A stretch of DNA of 64,000 bases. Origin: an archaeon (GTDB lineage: Archaea; AGJL01; Methanococci; Methanococcales; Methanocaldococcaceae). The stretch spans positions 1-64,000 of the forward strand of contig JAJRSC010000014.1 of the NCBI GenBank assembly GCA_024278985.1, written 5' to 3'. The notes under the pieces were generated by a model. It searched no databases and was not told where the DNA came from. It was given only the letters and a program-made list of their open reading frames with translations. A program made the position numbers and the translations under genes. Of this stretch, positions 54,334 through 64,000 are shown piece after piece; positions within the stretch are counted from its first letter, which is position 1, and every line of letters starts with the position of its first letter.

Positions 54334-55567
54334 CTTCCAACCTCTCCAACTCCTCAACTAACAAAGGTAAAAATGTCCCTACATCTGTTACTATTCCTAT
54401 AGCTTGGGAGGTTCCCCTATCCATTAATTTTGTAACTACTCCCTGATTAATATCAACACACACAGTTTTAACCCAAGAGGGTAGTAAATTTCCAGTAGCT
54501 ATAGAGTGTAACATAGAGGAGAGCATTAAAACCATATCTTTACCTTTTAAAAGTTCCCTCATTTTATCCTGAGCTTCCATAACATCAGTAATTACATCAG
54601 GTAGAGGTCCATCATCTCTTATACTTCCAGCCAAAATATATGGAACATTATTTTTTATACATTCATACATAATACCATTAGTTAATAATCCTTCTTCAAC
54701 TGCTTTTTTTAATCCTCCAACTTTTATTATTTTATTTATAGTCCTTAAGTGATGACTATGCCCTCCTGGAACTACTTTTCCAGTTTTTAAATCTACCCCT
54801 AAAGATGTTCCAAAAAAGCAAACTTCTGCATCATGTGTTGCTAAGGCATTCCCTGAAAAAAGTGCCTGAACATAGCCCATTTTAATTAACTTAGCCAATG
54901 CATCTCTTGCTCCTGTATGTACAACTGCTGGCCCTGCTACTACAACAATCCCTCCCTTACCAGTCTTTTTATATTTTTCTTTTATATTTATCATTTCCTT
55001 AGCTATTTTTCTAATTATTGTTTCTTTTGGTTTTTCTGATGATGCATCAGATTTCATAAACTCAAATAAACCCTGTTCTCTTGGTTTTTCTGGAGGAATT
55101 ACTCTTATTCCTTTATAACCAACAACTACTAAATCACCTTTTTTTATATGTCTAATTGTCTTAACCTCTGCTCTCATTTCCTCAGGATATACAACAATAG
55201 CTCCATCCATCTTTTGATTTTCAACTTCTATCCATTGCCCTTTATATCTAATGTATGTTTTATGGTTAGTAGTTGAATAAAAGTTTTCTGGAAGAACCAT
55301 ATCCCTCTCAGCAGGAACTAATTCAACATCTTCTAACTCAGGAATTTCAGCCCCAAGTTCTCTAAGCTCATTTAATATAGTATCTAAATGCTCCTCATTC
55401 TTTCCAATAACTAATATTTTAGCATAACTTGGGTCTGTCTTTTTTTTACCAACCTTTAACTCTAAAATTTGATAATCTCCATTAAGCTCTAAAATTTTAT
55501 CTAATACCTTAGGTAAAATTAAACTATCAATTATATGCCCCCTAAGTTCAATCTCTCTCATAAACAA
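54257..55567 (-). CDS. TIGR00300-family protein (LOR/SDH domain; probable ornithine cyclodeaminase)
   Basis: IELRGHIIDS, PENFYSTTNH, FEFMKSDASSEKP, GNALATHD, LAGSIRDDGPLPD, HSIATGNLLP, KLMDRG. Confidence 0.85.
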   Translation of the reverse strand: MFMREIELRGHIIDSLILPKVLDKILELNGDYQILELKVGKKKTDPSYAKILVIGKNEEHLDTILNELRELGAEIPELEDVELVPAERDMVLPENFYSTTNHKTYIRYKGQWIEVENQKMDGAIVVYPEEMRAEVKTIRHIKKGDLVVVGYKGIRVIPPEKPREQGLFEFMKSDASSEKPKETIIRKIAKEMINIKEKYKKTGKGGIVVVAGPAVVHTGARDALAKLIKMGYVQALFSGNALATHDAEVCFFGTSLGVDLKTGKVVPGGHSHHLRTINKIIKVGGLKKAVEEGLLTNGIMYECIKNNVPYILAGSIRDDGPLPDVITDVMEAQDKMRELLKGKDMVLMLSSMLHSIATGNLLPSWVKTVCVDINQGVVTKLMDRGTSQAIGIVTDVGTFLPLLVEELERLEDERKSGKGVNNKGNRDNIKDEKNKI

Positions 55568-55574
55568 TTGAAAT

Positions 55575-56108
55575 TCACCTTATATATTCTGTATCTTTAT
55601 TTTTTTCAGTATTTTTATGTTCAATGATTTTATTTATTAAAAGTGAATTATCCCAACCATTTAAAAACTCATAAATTTTTTTTAGATTCTCTTTAGTATT
55701 CTTCTCCTCTAAAATTTCTCCAAAGATAATCATAGAGACTATTAATTTATTAGTATTATTCTTATATTTATTATATAAATATTCAATACTTTCAGATATA
55801 CAGGAAGTGCTTTCTATAGAGTTATATATTTCTTTTAAAATTTTATTTATATCATCATTTGACACACTTAAAGCTTCCCACCAGGTACCTTTATCATGAT
55901 TAAAAATAACATTCTGAGTAAGTTCTAAGTATTTTAATGCTTTTTCTAGGATTTCTTTATTAGTTCCTTTAAATCCTTTTTCTAATAATTTATAGGAATC
56001 ATTTTCTTTTATATATAAAATTCCTTCATTATTATCTATCTCTAATTTATATATTTTATCTAAATATTTAATTATATAAGTATCATGGGAGATTTCTAAA
56101 ACTTCCAT
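55575..56108 (-). CDS. Hypothetical protein
   Basis: 177-aa ORF within the operon, translationally coupled to the upstream gene. Confidence 0.65.
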   Translation of the reverse strand: MEVLEISHDTYIIKYLDKIYKLEIDNNEGILYIKENDSYKLLEKGFKGTNKEILEKALKYLELTQNVIFNHDKGTWWEALSVSNDDINKILKEIYNSIESTSCISESIEYLYNKYKNNTNKLIVSMIIFGEILEEKNTKENLKKIYEFLNGWDNSLLINKIIEHKNTEKNKDTEYIR

Positions 56109-56509
56109 TATTTCCCCTTTATTATTCTAACTATCCCTCTATCTCCATCTACTTCAATAATATCCCCAGTTTTTATTTTCTCAATATCTATTTTATCCAC
56201 TGCAGGAATACCTCCAATAATTGCACCACTTGCAACAATAGGCTCACATTCTTTATTAACTATCCCCTTTAAAATTCCTTTTTTTGCTAATGCATATATA
56301 ACATAACTTCCCACTGTACTTCCTTTTCCATATGGAAAAACAAAAATTTTATCCTTTAAATTTTCTCCAAAAACATCACTATTTTTATCTATAATATTTC
56401 CATCTTCATCAACTCCTCCCAAAAAAGAAAATGGTTTTTTAGAAACTAATGCTACTCCTACAGCTTTTCCTTTTGATATTTTTCTACCTTTAAGTTCCAT
56501 AATTTCCAC
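56108..56509 (-). CDS. DUF126/AcnX swivel-domain protein (probable phosphomevalonate dehydratase small subunit)
   Basis: GRKISKG...ALVS..PFSFLGGVD, FPYGKGSTVGSY, TGD.IEVDG. Confidence 0.87.
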   Translation of the reverse strand: MEIMELKGRKISKGKAVGVALVSKKPFSFLGGVDEDGNIIDKNSDVFGENLKDKIFVFPYGKGSTVGSYVIYALAKKGILKGIVNKECEPIVASGAIIGGIPAVDKIDIEKIKTGDIIEVDGDRGIVRIIKGK

Positions 56510-56510
56510 T

Positions 56511-58190
56511 CTATAATCTAACCTCTACAATTCCTCTATCCCATTCAATATAATGCCCTTCTTCGCCAAGTTTTCCAAGGTTTAATATTGGTGCTATAGC
56601 AGGGGTTGGATTAATACCCATTCTTTTCTGGAAATCTGTTTGTGTCTGGAAAGTTCCACTATTAACTAATGCAACTCCTCTATATATTCCATAACCATTA
56701 ATATGTATATGTCCAGTATGTAAGATATCAATATCCTTTTCAATAACTAAATAATCATTATGTTCTGGAGCTATTGGACATCTTCCTCCGTATGTAGGAC
56801 AGAGTAATCTTCTTTTAATAAGTTCCTTCATTATAGTAAAAGGATTTTCATATGTAGCTGTTCTAACTTGACTTACTAAATCGTCAAAACTTCTACCATG
56901 GTAAATAAGATAATCTAAACCGTGAATATTTAAACAGCATGGATTTCCAACAAAATAAATATTATCTCTATTGAATAGCTTTATAATATCATCTGGTAAT
57001 CTTGGCTGAGGTTCTGCAGGTCTTACAATATCGTGGTTTCCTGGAGAGATAATTATTGATATATGCTCAGGAATTTGCTCTAAATAACAGGAAATTTCTT
57101 CATATTGGTTAAATATATCAATCTCATATAAATCCTCTTCTTGCCCTGGATAAATACCAACACCATCAACTAAGTCCCCTGCTATACAAATATATTTTAA
57201 TTTGCTAACAATTTTTTCCTCTAAACTATTGTTAACTTGTCCATTTAAAAATCTTATTAATTTTTCAAACTCTTTACTTAGAAATTCTTTACTACCAACA
57301 TGAATATCAGATAAACATAAAAGATATACTTCTTCCTCAGCTTTTCTAATTTTAGATTTTGTTAAAGTTGGTCTTATAACTTCTTTAGCTATCATTACCT
57401 TATTTTGGGAAATTTTACCAATAACTCCAATGACTTCATCTAATAAAATATCATCAGGAAGCTCATTTCCTACTTTTTCCTTTGGAAATATAACTGTTAT
57501 CTCATCAGTTAAATCTTCCAATTTAACCCTCAAATTCCCTGATTTTGTCCAATCAACTTCTGAAACTATTCCAACAATAAAAACATCATCCATTCCTCTA
57601 TACTTATTTATATTTTCTATTGGAATTCCTTTTCTTCCTGCCTTTCTTTCAATGAATTTTTTTAATTTTTTATATCTACTTCTAAAGTATTCTATAAAAT
57701 CATCTATAGAGCCAGTACATGTTGATTTTCCAGAAACATCTGTCTCATCATAAATAAATATCCTACTTTCAATATCTTTGGCAATCCAGTTAATTCTACT
57801 ATTAAAACTTTCTTTAATTTTTTTAATTCTTTCTAATCTATTCTCTTTATCTTCTGTATCTGTTTTTTTATTTTCTATTTTTAAAGTTTCTTTTAATTTT
57901 TCTTCTATCTTAGTATCATTTATTATTACCTTCTTCTCTTCTTTTTTAATCTCTTCCTTCTCTCCAGTATAATAATGAATAAAATCAAAGTCTTTATATT
58001 TTTTGATTATTGTTTCAATATCTTCATTTAAAAAAATATCTAAAAATTTTGAGTCTAATAGAATAAACTTATCATTATATAATTTAAATTCTTTAATCTT
58101 CCTTACTAAGTTATCAACATTTATATCTTTAAGTTTATTAAATACATTTGGAGATATTAAAACTTCAATCTCTAAAAATTTCTCTATCAT
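56511..58190 (-). CDS. polB: DNA polymerase D small (exonuclease) subunit DP1
   Basis: SDIHVGS, AGDLVDGVGIYPGQ, PGNHD, YHGRSFDD, HTGHIH, NSGTFQ. Start placed at MIEKF (58190). Confidence 0.94.
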   Translation of the reverse strand: MIEKFLEIEVLISPNVFNKLKDINVDNLVRKIKEFKLYNDKFILLDSKFLDIFLNEDIETIIKKYKDFDFIHYYTGEKEEIKKEEKKVIINDTKIEEKLKETLKIENKKTDTEDKENRLERIKKIKESFNSRINWIAKDIESRIFIYDETDVSGKSTCTGSIDDFIEYFRSRYKKLKKFIERKAGRKGIPIENINKYRGMDDVFIVGIVSEVDWTKSGNLRVKLEDLTDEITVIFPKEKVGNELPDDILLDEVIGVIGKISQNKVMIAKEVIRPTLTKSKIRKAEEEVYLLCLSDIHVGSKEFLSKEFEKLIRFLNGQVNNSLEEKIVSKLKYICIAGDLVDGVGIYPGQEEDLYEIDIFNQYEEISCYLEQIPEHISIIISPGNHDIVRPAEPQPRLPDDIIKLFNRDNIYFVGNPCCLNIHGLDYLIYHGRSFDDLVSQVRTATYENPFTIMKELIKRRLLCPTYGGRCPIAPEHNDYLVIEKDIDILHTGHIHINGYGIYRGVALVNSGTFQTQTDFQKRMGINPTPAIAPILNLGKLGEEGHYIEWDRGIVEVRL

Positions 58191-58255
58191 TATAAACCCC
58201 AAGAAAAACAAAGTAGTCCAAATAAATAATAAAATAATTCTATAAAAAAATTATC

Positions 58256-59764
58256 CTAAAATCTTGATATTCTCTTTAAGAGTACATTTTCAATTCTTAC
58301 AGGATATAACAATCTTGCAACTTTTAAGGCATTTTTTAATCTCTCTTGAGAATTTGAGTAGATAGTATATAAGACATCTCCTTTTTCTACCTTATTTCCA
58401 ACTTTTACATTTAAATATACTCCAGCCTTTTTATCATTTGGAGCACCTGCCTCTTTAGCTATTTTAGTTATTCCTCTATTGGAAATTTTTGTTACATAAC
58501 CATCAAATGGAGCAGTAATATCAGCAAAATATTTTCCTACCTCAATCTCTTCAGAACTTATTTCTTTTCCACCCTGTGCAACTATAATCTCCATAAATTT
58601 TTTATGAGCCTTTCCTGTTTTTAATATATTCTCAGCCAATTCTTTACCTTCTCCAAATGGTGCAACTCCTCCAATTTCTAATAATATTCCAGCCAAGCCT
58701 GTAGATTTTTCTATTAAACTGTCAGGAACTTTTTTTCCTTCTAAAGCCTCTAAGGCTTCTCTTGCTTCTAAAGCTGGTCCTATTGCCCTACCAATTGGCT
58801 GATTTCCATATGTTAAAGCACATTCCGTATATATTTTTAATCTTTCTCCTAAGCTAATAAAGTCTCTTGCTAAGGAAGAACCTTCCTTCAAATTTTTAAC
58901 TTTGACCTCATTTCCTACTGGAATATCAATAACTAACTTTTTAATTCCCATAGCTAATTTTTTAGCCATTACACTAGATAATAAAAGTGGTTTAGGGTCT
59001 ATATTAAGAGGTCTTTCAACTGTTATAGTTATATCATCTGCAGGAGCTAAGTTTATAGCACCTCCCCAAACTAAACATCCATTTGTTTCTTTAACAACTT
59101 TTTTTATTTCTTCAGGAGATAAATCAACTTTTGTTAAAACTTCTACAATATCAGCTGTCCCAGCTGCTGATGTTATAGCTCTTGATGAGGTTTTTGGAAT
59201 TTTTAAACCTAATGATGCAACTATTGGGACAGTTATTAAAGCATATTTATTTCCAGGAACTCCTCCAATTGAATGAACATCTACAACTAAACTATCCCAA
59301 TCAATTTTTTCTCCAGTTTCTGCCATTCTAATAGTTAGGGCCTCAATTTCATCCATATCCATACTATTAATATAGATAGATGTAACAAAGGCAGTAATTT
59401 CAATATTTCCCAACTTTCCTTCAACCATTTCATCAACAATATCATAAATCTCTTCTTTTTTTAATTTATTCCCATCCATTTTTTTCTTTATGTGAGTTAT
59501 TGACTTTGGTCTTTCTGCATGAGTAATATAAACAATTTCCCCATCTTTAATTTTTAATTCTTTGGCCATCTCTATATTTATTCCTACTTCTCCTCTATTT
59601 ACCAAACTCTTAGAGGAATATATTACCCCAACACTTTCCTTATCTCTGTATTTAACTATAACCCTATCTCCAGGAAAATATTGAGAAGATTTTAAATCTT
59701 CTTTATTAATTAGAATAAAATTTTCTAAATCAATATCTAAAATTTTTACTTTTAAAATTAACAT
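58256..59764 (-). CDS. AMP phosphorylase (thymidine phosphorylase family)
   Basis: HSIGGVPGNK, PKTSSRAITSAAGTAD, LAPADD, SVMAKK, QPIGRAIGPALEA, AGAPNDKKAG. Confidence 0.93.
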   Translation of the reverse strand: MLILKVKILDIDLENFILINKEDLKSSQYFPGDRVIVKYRDKESVGVIYSSKSLVNRGEVGINIEMAKELKIKDGEIVYITHAERPKSITHIKKKMDGNKLKKEEIYDIVDEMVEGKLGNIEITAFVTSIYINSMDMDEIEALTIRMAETGEKIDWDSLVVDVHSIGGVPGNKYALITVPIVASLGLKIPKTSSRAITSAAGTADIVEVLTKVDLSPEEIKKVVKETNGCLVWGGAINLAPADDITITVERPLNIDPKPLLLSSVMAKKLAMGIKKLVIDIPVGNEVKVKNLKEGSSLARDFISLGERLKIYTECALTYGNQPIGRAIGPALEAREALEALEGKKVPDSLIEKSTGLAGILLEIGGVAPFGEGKELAENILKTGKAHKKFMEIIVAQGGKEISSEEIEVGKYFADITAPFDGYVTKISNRGITKIAKEAGAPNDKKAGVYLNVKVGNKVEKGDVLYTIYSNSQERLKNALKVARLLYPVRIENVLLKRISRF

Positions 59765-60637
59765 TTATTTCCCCCTTTTACTAATTAAAATATTTACAAG
59801 TTCAGCAACTGCTTTTTTTTCATCTTCTTTAGTTGGTAAAGTAATATTATATTTCTTTAAAAGTTCCTTATCTATATTGTTATTTATTGTACTGTTGACA
59901 GAAGAATCTCTAATTATTTCCTCAACTAATATATTTTTAATAATATTACTATTCTTAATTATTTCCTTTGAAAATTCTATTATAAATACTAAAAAAAACG
60001 CTCCAATAATGGTCATTACAGTTCTCTCTAATATAAATGAAGGAATAGCTCTAACATAATCAATATAAGGAATCTTTAAAATAACTAAACCTAAAATAGA
60101 ACCATATAGATGATCACACATTACACAGACAAAAGATAATTTTAATGCCCCAACACATACTTTTTTTATGTCATTATCAAATAAAAATTTTAAAAATTTA
60201 TCTCTAATAGTTAAAATCATACCCAATGCTATTATTGAAAATATTGCATAGTAAAATATAGGATATGCTAAAATAAAAAAAACTAACAATCCAAAACCAT
60301 AAATTATAGCTGGAATTTTCCAGTTTCCTTTACACAAATAACCAGCGATAATAACCGATAAAAGTGTTGGAAGTGGTGATAATAATCCAAAATATAAAGC
60401 TTTTGGGAAAAAAACTAAATAATAAATAAATAATAATATAACTACTAAGCTTCCATATAGCTCTCCTAAAACTAATCCCAATAAAGGAGATAAACAAGGG
60501 TATATATTTATATATGAGTTAGTTCCAATTAATTTAAATCTTAAAAATTTAGAAAGTATAAGAGTTATAACAATACCCCATAAGAAAAATAATACTTTAA
60601 ATTTTTTATTTTTCATTAAATATATGAATATATTCAT
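59765..60637 (-). CDS. Polytopic membrane protein (possible ECF-transporter S-component-like)
   Basis: About 7 TM helices with PLLGLVLG..YG and DHLYGS, followed by a soluble tail. Confidence 0.55.
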   Translation of the reverse strand: MNIFIYLMKNKKFKVLFFLWGIVITLILSKFLRFKLIGTNSYINIYPCLSPLLGLVLGELYGSLVVILLFIYYLVFFPKALYFGLLSPLPTLLSVIIAGYLCKGNWKIPAIIYGFGLLVFFILAYPIFYYAIFSIIALGMILTIRDKFLKFLFDNDIKKVCVGALKLSFVCVMCDHLYGSILGLVILKIPYIDYVRAIPSFILERTVMTIIGAFFLVFIIEFSKEIIKNSNIIKNILVEEIIRDSSVNSTINNNIDKELLKKYNITLPTKEDEKKAVAELVNILISKRGK

Positions 60638-60767
60638 TACAAATCCCTATACAAATCCAAATGCTATATCTCTATTATTTTATGATGTAGTATTTAAATT
60701 TATACTGACTAGTATAAATATAGTATAAATCAAGACCGTAATGTTAAATTTTTATTAGCATCTCAAT

Positions 60768-60833
60768 GATTACTCTGAAAGTGATAGAGAACAGTTAAAA
60801 ACAAGATTAGAGGCGTTTATTGAGATGATTTAA
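60768..60833 (+). pseudogene. C-terminal remnant of a 2-hydroxyacyl-CoA dehydratase-family (HgdB/D-like) gene
   Basis: In-frame DYSESDREQLKTRLEAFIEMI*, the characteristic C-terminus of the family. No upstream coding sequence survives. Confidence 0.75.
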
Positions 60834-60928
60834 ATTGAATTACATTTTTATTTTTTAACTGAAGTTATTAAATTTTCTAATATGAATTTTTATATCTTTT
60901 AATTGCATTAATTTATTTTTGTGGGAGT

Positions 60929-61575
60929 ATGATAGGAATATGTATAAGAACTAAAAAGGAATATATTTTAAATAATAAATTCTTAGATTGGGGCCTACAC
61001 TTTAATCCAAAAATTATAAAAAAAATAATATAATTGGATATCATGCACCTATTTTAGATATTGAAAAAAAGGAAAGTATTTCTATTTTAAAAAACATAAT
61101 TGAAAAGATTATTGGAAGTGATTATTTAACAATCCATTTACACAACAGTAGAAAAATAGATATTAATGAAGAAAAAATTATAGAAAATCTAACAATCCTA
61201 AATGAGTTTGCACAAAAAAATAATTTAAAATTATGCATAGAAAATTTAAGACGAGGATATTCATCAAATCCATACAATATTATTAAAATTGCTGATGAAG
61301 TTAATTGTTTTATAACATTTGATATTGGACATATTCCATATAATAAAAGATTGGAATTTTTAGAAATTTGCTCTGATAGAATTTATAACTCCCATGTGTA
61401 TGAAATTGAAAAGGATGGAAAACATCTTCCTCCTAAAAATCTTAACAATTTAAAACCAATATTAGATGCTCTATTAGATGTTAAATGTGAAATGTTTTTA
61501 ATTGAATTAATGGATATTAATGATATTTTAAAAACTGAAAAGATGTTAAAATAATATTTAGAAACATATAGGTAG
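60929..61575 (+). pseudogene. Xylose-isomerase-like/AP endonuclease 2 TIM-barrel protein, frameshifted with an in-frame TAA
   Basis: ATG 60929 reads MIGICIRTK...NPKII. The A8 run at about 61018-61025 shifts the frame, which then reads YHAPILD...TIHLH...CIENLR...TFDIGH...HVYE...FLIE...KMLK*(61552-61554)YLETYR*. Confidence 0.75.
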
Positions 61576-61597
61576 GAACATATTAGGTGATAGATTT

Positions 61598-62428
61598 ATG
61601 ATAATTGATGAAAATAGCTCTAATTTTATTGATTTCAAAAAATCATTTAAAGAACTAACTTTATCTGATGAAACATTTAAAATTATTGAAGAAAATGGGT
61701 TAAAGCTGGGTGAAATTGCAGTTGGAGAATTTTCAGGTAGGGATAGCGTAGCGGCAATAATTAAAGCTATGGAGGAAGGTGTCGATGTTGTTTTACCAGT
61801 TGTTGGATTTACAGGAACTGATTATGGAAATTTAGATATCTTTTATAAAAACTGGGAAACTACAAATAAAAGGATTAAAGAAATTGATAATGATAAAATT
61901 TTATTACCTTTACATTTTATGTTTGAGCCTGAACTTTGGAGAGCATTAAATGGTAGGTGGATTGTTTTACTTATTAAGAAATTTAACTATTACACACCAT
62001 GTATTGGATGTCATGCATATCTAAGAATATTAAGAATTCCTTTAGCAAAACACTTAGGGAATAAAATAATTAGTGGGGAGAGGGTTTATCACAATGGAGA
62101 TTTTAAAATTGACCAAATAGAGGAAGTTTTAAATGTTTATAGTAAAATTTGTAAAGATTTTGGTGTTGAGCTAACTTTACCTATAAAATACATAAGAGAA
62201 GGCAGGAAGATTAAGGAGATTATTGGAGAAGAATGGGAACAAGGAAAAAAACAATTTTCATGTGTATTTAGTGGAAATTATAGAGATAAAGATGGAAAGG
62301 TAATTTTTGATAAAGAGAGTATTTTAAAACTATTAAATGAATTTGTATATCCAGCATCAATTGAGATTTTAAAAGAAGGATACAGAGGAAATTTTAATTA
62401 TCAAAATATTGTGAAAAAATTTATTTAG
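61598..62428 (+). CDS. Hypothetical protein with degenerate PP-loop (FSGRDS) and CxxCH motif
   Basis: AVGEFSGRDSVAA, PCIGCHAYL, ISGER, C-terminal SCVFSGNY. Confidence 0.7.
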   Translation: MIIDENSSNFIDFKKSFKELTLSDETFKIIEENGLKLGEIAVGEFSGRDSVAAIIKAMEEGVDVVLPVVGFTGTDYGNLDIFYKNWETTNKRIKEIDNDKILLPLHFMFEPELWRALNGRWIVLLIKKFNYYTPCIGCHAYLRILRIPLAKHLGNKIISGERVYHNGDFKIDQIEEVLNVYSKICKDFGVELTLPIKYIREGRKIKEIIGEEWEQGKKQFSCVFSGNYRDKDGKVIFDKESILKLLNEFVYPASIEILKEGYRGNFNYQNIVKKFI

Positions 62429-62435
62429 TGAGAAA

Positions 62436-63716
62436 ATGAGAACTATTTTAATATTGTTAGATGGTTTAGGTGATAGGGCTTCTGAAATTTTAGGTAATAA
62501 AACCCCACTACAATATGCAAAAACTCCAAATATGGATAAATTGGCTAAAAATGGGATGTGTGGCTTAATGACAACATACAAAGAGGGAATTCCCTTAGGT
62601 ACTGAGGTAGCTCATTTTTTACTTTGGGGCTACTCCTTAGATGAATTTCCAGGGAGAGGAGTTATTGAGGCTTTAGGGGAAGATATTGAGATTGAAGAAA
62701 ATTCCATATACTTAAGAGCATCACTTGGATTTGTTAAAAAGGATGAAAGGGGATTTTTAGTTAAAGATAGGAGAACAAAAGATATTGATAAAGAGGAGAT
62801 TGAAAAATTAATAAATGACTTTCCCACTTTTGTAGATGGGTATGAGTTTGAGCTTTTTTATTCTTTTGATGTTCATTTTATATTAAAAATTAAAGAAAAA
62901 AATGGATGGATTTCAGATAAAATTTCTGATTCTGACCCATTTTATAAAAATAGATATGTTATGAAAGTTCAACCAATAAAAGAGTTATGTAAAAATGAAA
63001 TTGAATATAATAAAGCAAAAGACACTGCTAAGGCATTAAATAAATATCTTTTAAATGTTTATAAAATATTAGAAAATCATAAAATAAATAAAATAAGGAG
63101 AAAAGTAGGAAAAATGCCTGCTAATTTTTTATTAACAAAATGGGCATCAAGATATAAAAATGTGGAGAGCTTTAAAGAAAGATGGGGAATGAGAGGAGTT
63201 GTTTTAGGTAGCAGTTCATTATTTAAAGGATTGGCAAAATTCTTAGGAATGGATTTTATAAAAATTGATAGCTTTGAAGAAGGAATAAGTTTAATTCCTA
63301 AGCTAAATTATGATTTTATTCATTTGCATACAAAAGAAACAGATGAAGCTGCCCATACAAAAAACCCATTAAATAAGGTTAAAGTTATTGAAAATATTGA
63401 TAAACTTATAGGTAATTTAAAATTAAATGATGATGATTTACTTATAATAACTGCTGACCATTCAACACCTTCTGTTGGAAATTTAATTCACTCAGGAGAA
63501 AGTGTTCCAATACTATTTTATGGAAAAAATGTTAGAGTTGATAATGTTGAGGAGTTCAATGAGATAAGTTGCTCAAATGGACATTTAAGAATAAGAGGGG
63601 AAGAATTAATACCTCTAATTTTAAACTATACAGATAGAGCTTTACTATATGGTTTAAGAGCAGGAAATAAATTAAGATATTACATTCCAAAAGATGATGA
63701 CATAGAACTTTTATAA
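62436..63716 (+). CDS. apgM: 2,3-bisphosphoglycerate-independent phosphoglycerate mutase, archaeal type 2
   Basis: LLDGLGDR, TPLQYAKTPNMD, GTEVAH, DEAAH, TADHSTP, HSGESVP. Confidence 0.88.
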   Translation: MRTILILLDGLGDRASEILGNKTPLQYAKTPNMDKLAKNGMCGLMTTYKEGIPLGTEVAHFLLWGYSLDEFPGRGVIEALGEDIEIEENSIYLRASLGFVKKDERGFLVKDRRTKDIDKEEIEKLINDFPTFVDGYEFELFYSFDVHFILKIKEKNGWISDKISDSDPFYKNRYVMKVQPIKELCKNEIEYNKAKDTAKALNKYLLNVYKILENHKINKIRRKVGKMPANFLLTKWASRYKNVESFKERWGMRGVVLGSSSLFKGLAKFLGMDFIKIDSFEEGISLIPKLNYDFIHLHTKETDEAAHTKNPLNKVKVIENIDKLIGNLKLNDDDLLIITADHSTPSVGNLIHSGESVPILFYGKNVRVDNVEEFNEISCSNGHLRIRGEELIPLILNYTDRALLYGLRAGNKLRYYIPKDDDIELL

Positions 63717-63730
63717 ATATGAGGGATAAG

Positions 63731-64000
63731 TTGATAAACAAATTAAAGAAAATACTTAAATTAGATAAACAAAAAAAAGAAAAAGAAAGATTAGAAGGGA
63801 AGGGATTAATAATTTTTGAAAACACAAAGGATGCAATGAAAGCAGAATATATTTTAAAAGATAAATATAATATTAGAGTAGTAGCTCCACCAGTAGAGAT
63901 TAGAGAAGGATGTGATTTAGCTATTGAATATGAGTTAATTGATGAATTTGGAATTAAAAGAGAATTGGAAAATAACAATATAAAGCCATTAAAATTTGTC
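63731..64000 (+). CDS. DUF3343-like (putative S/Se carrier) protein, partial
   Basis: TTG start after GAGGGA. Reads IIFENTKDAMKAE.ILK...VVAPP.EIREGCDLAI and is open to the window end. Confidence 0.7.
   Translation, partial: MINKLKKILKLDKQKKEKERLEGKGLIIFENTKDAMKAEYILKDKYNIRVVAPPVEIREGCDLAIEYELIDEFGIKRELENNNIKPLKFV

Overview
AT-rich (roughly 27-29% GC by eye), gene-dense chromosomal segment of a hyperthermophilic methanogenic archaeon of the Methanococcales, most like Methanocaldococcus. Support: fwdB/fwuB, cfbD, tes, tRNA-Sec, PolD DP1, Ptr2-fdxA and an EpdE-like pilin. Most of the window is housekeeping: lig, metE, pyrE/pyrF, cca, argH, trpE, leuA, radB, galU, split transketolase with rpe, ADP-forming acetate-CoA ligase, cobY, glnK, 2-PG kinase, AMP phosphorylase and apgM. 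There are three accessory zones. (1) A compositionally distinct surface-glycosylation island at 1-6.6 kb: AlkP-superfamily enzyme, GT4, GT2, a GYGY-repeat PGF-pre-PGF surface protein and several gene scars. (2) A type I R-M defence locus at 33-40 kb carrying an Mrr-like nuclease, MNT/HEPN remnant and an M48-like peptidase. (3) A decayed operon at 60.7-64 kb. The most notable signals are a clean in-frame TAA inside the DNA ligase plus 3-4 more in-frame TAA stops in otherwise continuous frames, a selenocysteine fwuB next to tRNA-Sec with no visible canonical SECIS, a GTAT-N8-ATAC motif in four intergenic regions, and tandem pilin genes each preceded by the same 7-3-7 palindrome. All calls are by-eye motif recognition; no database searches were run.
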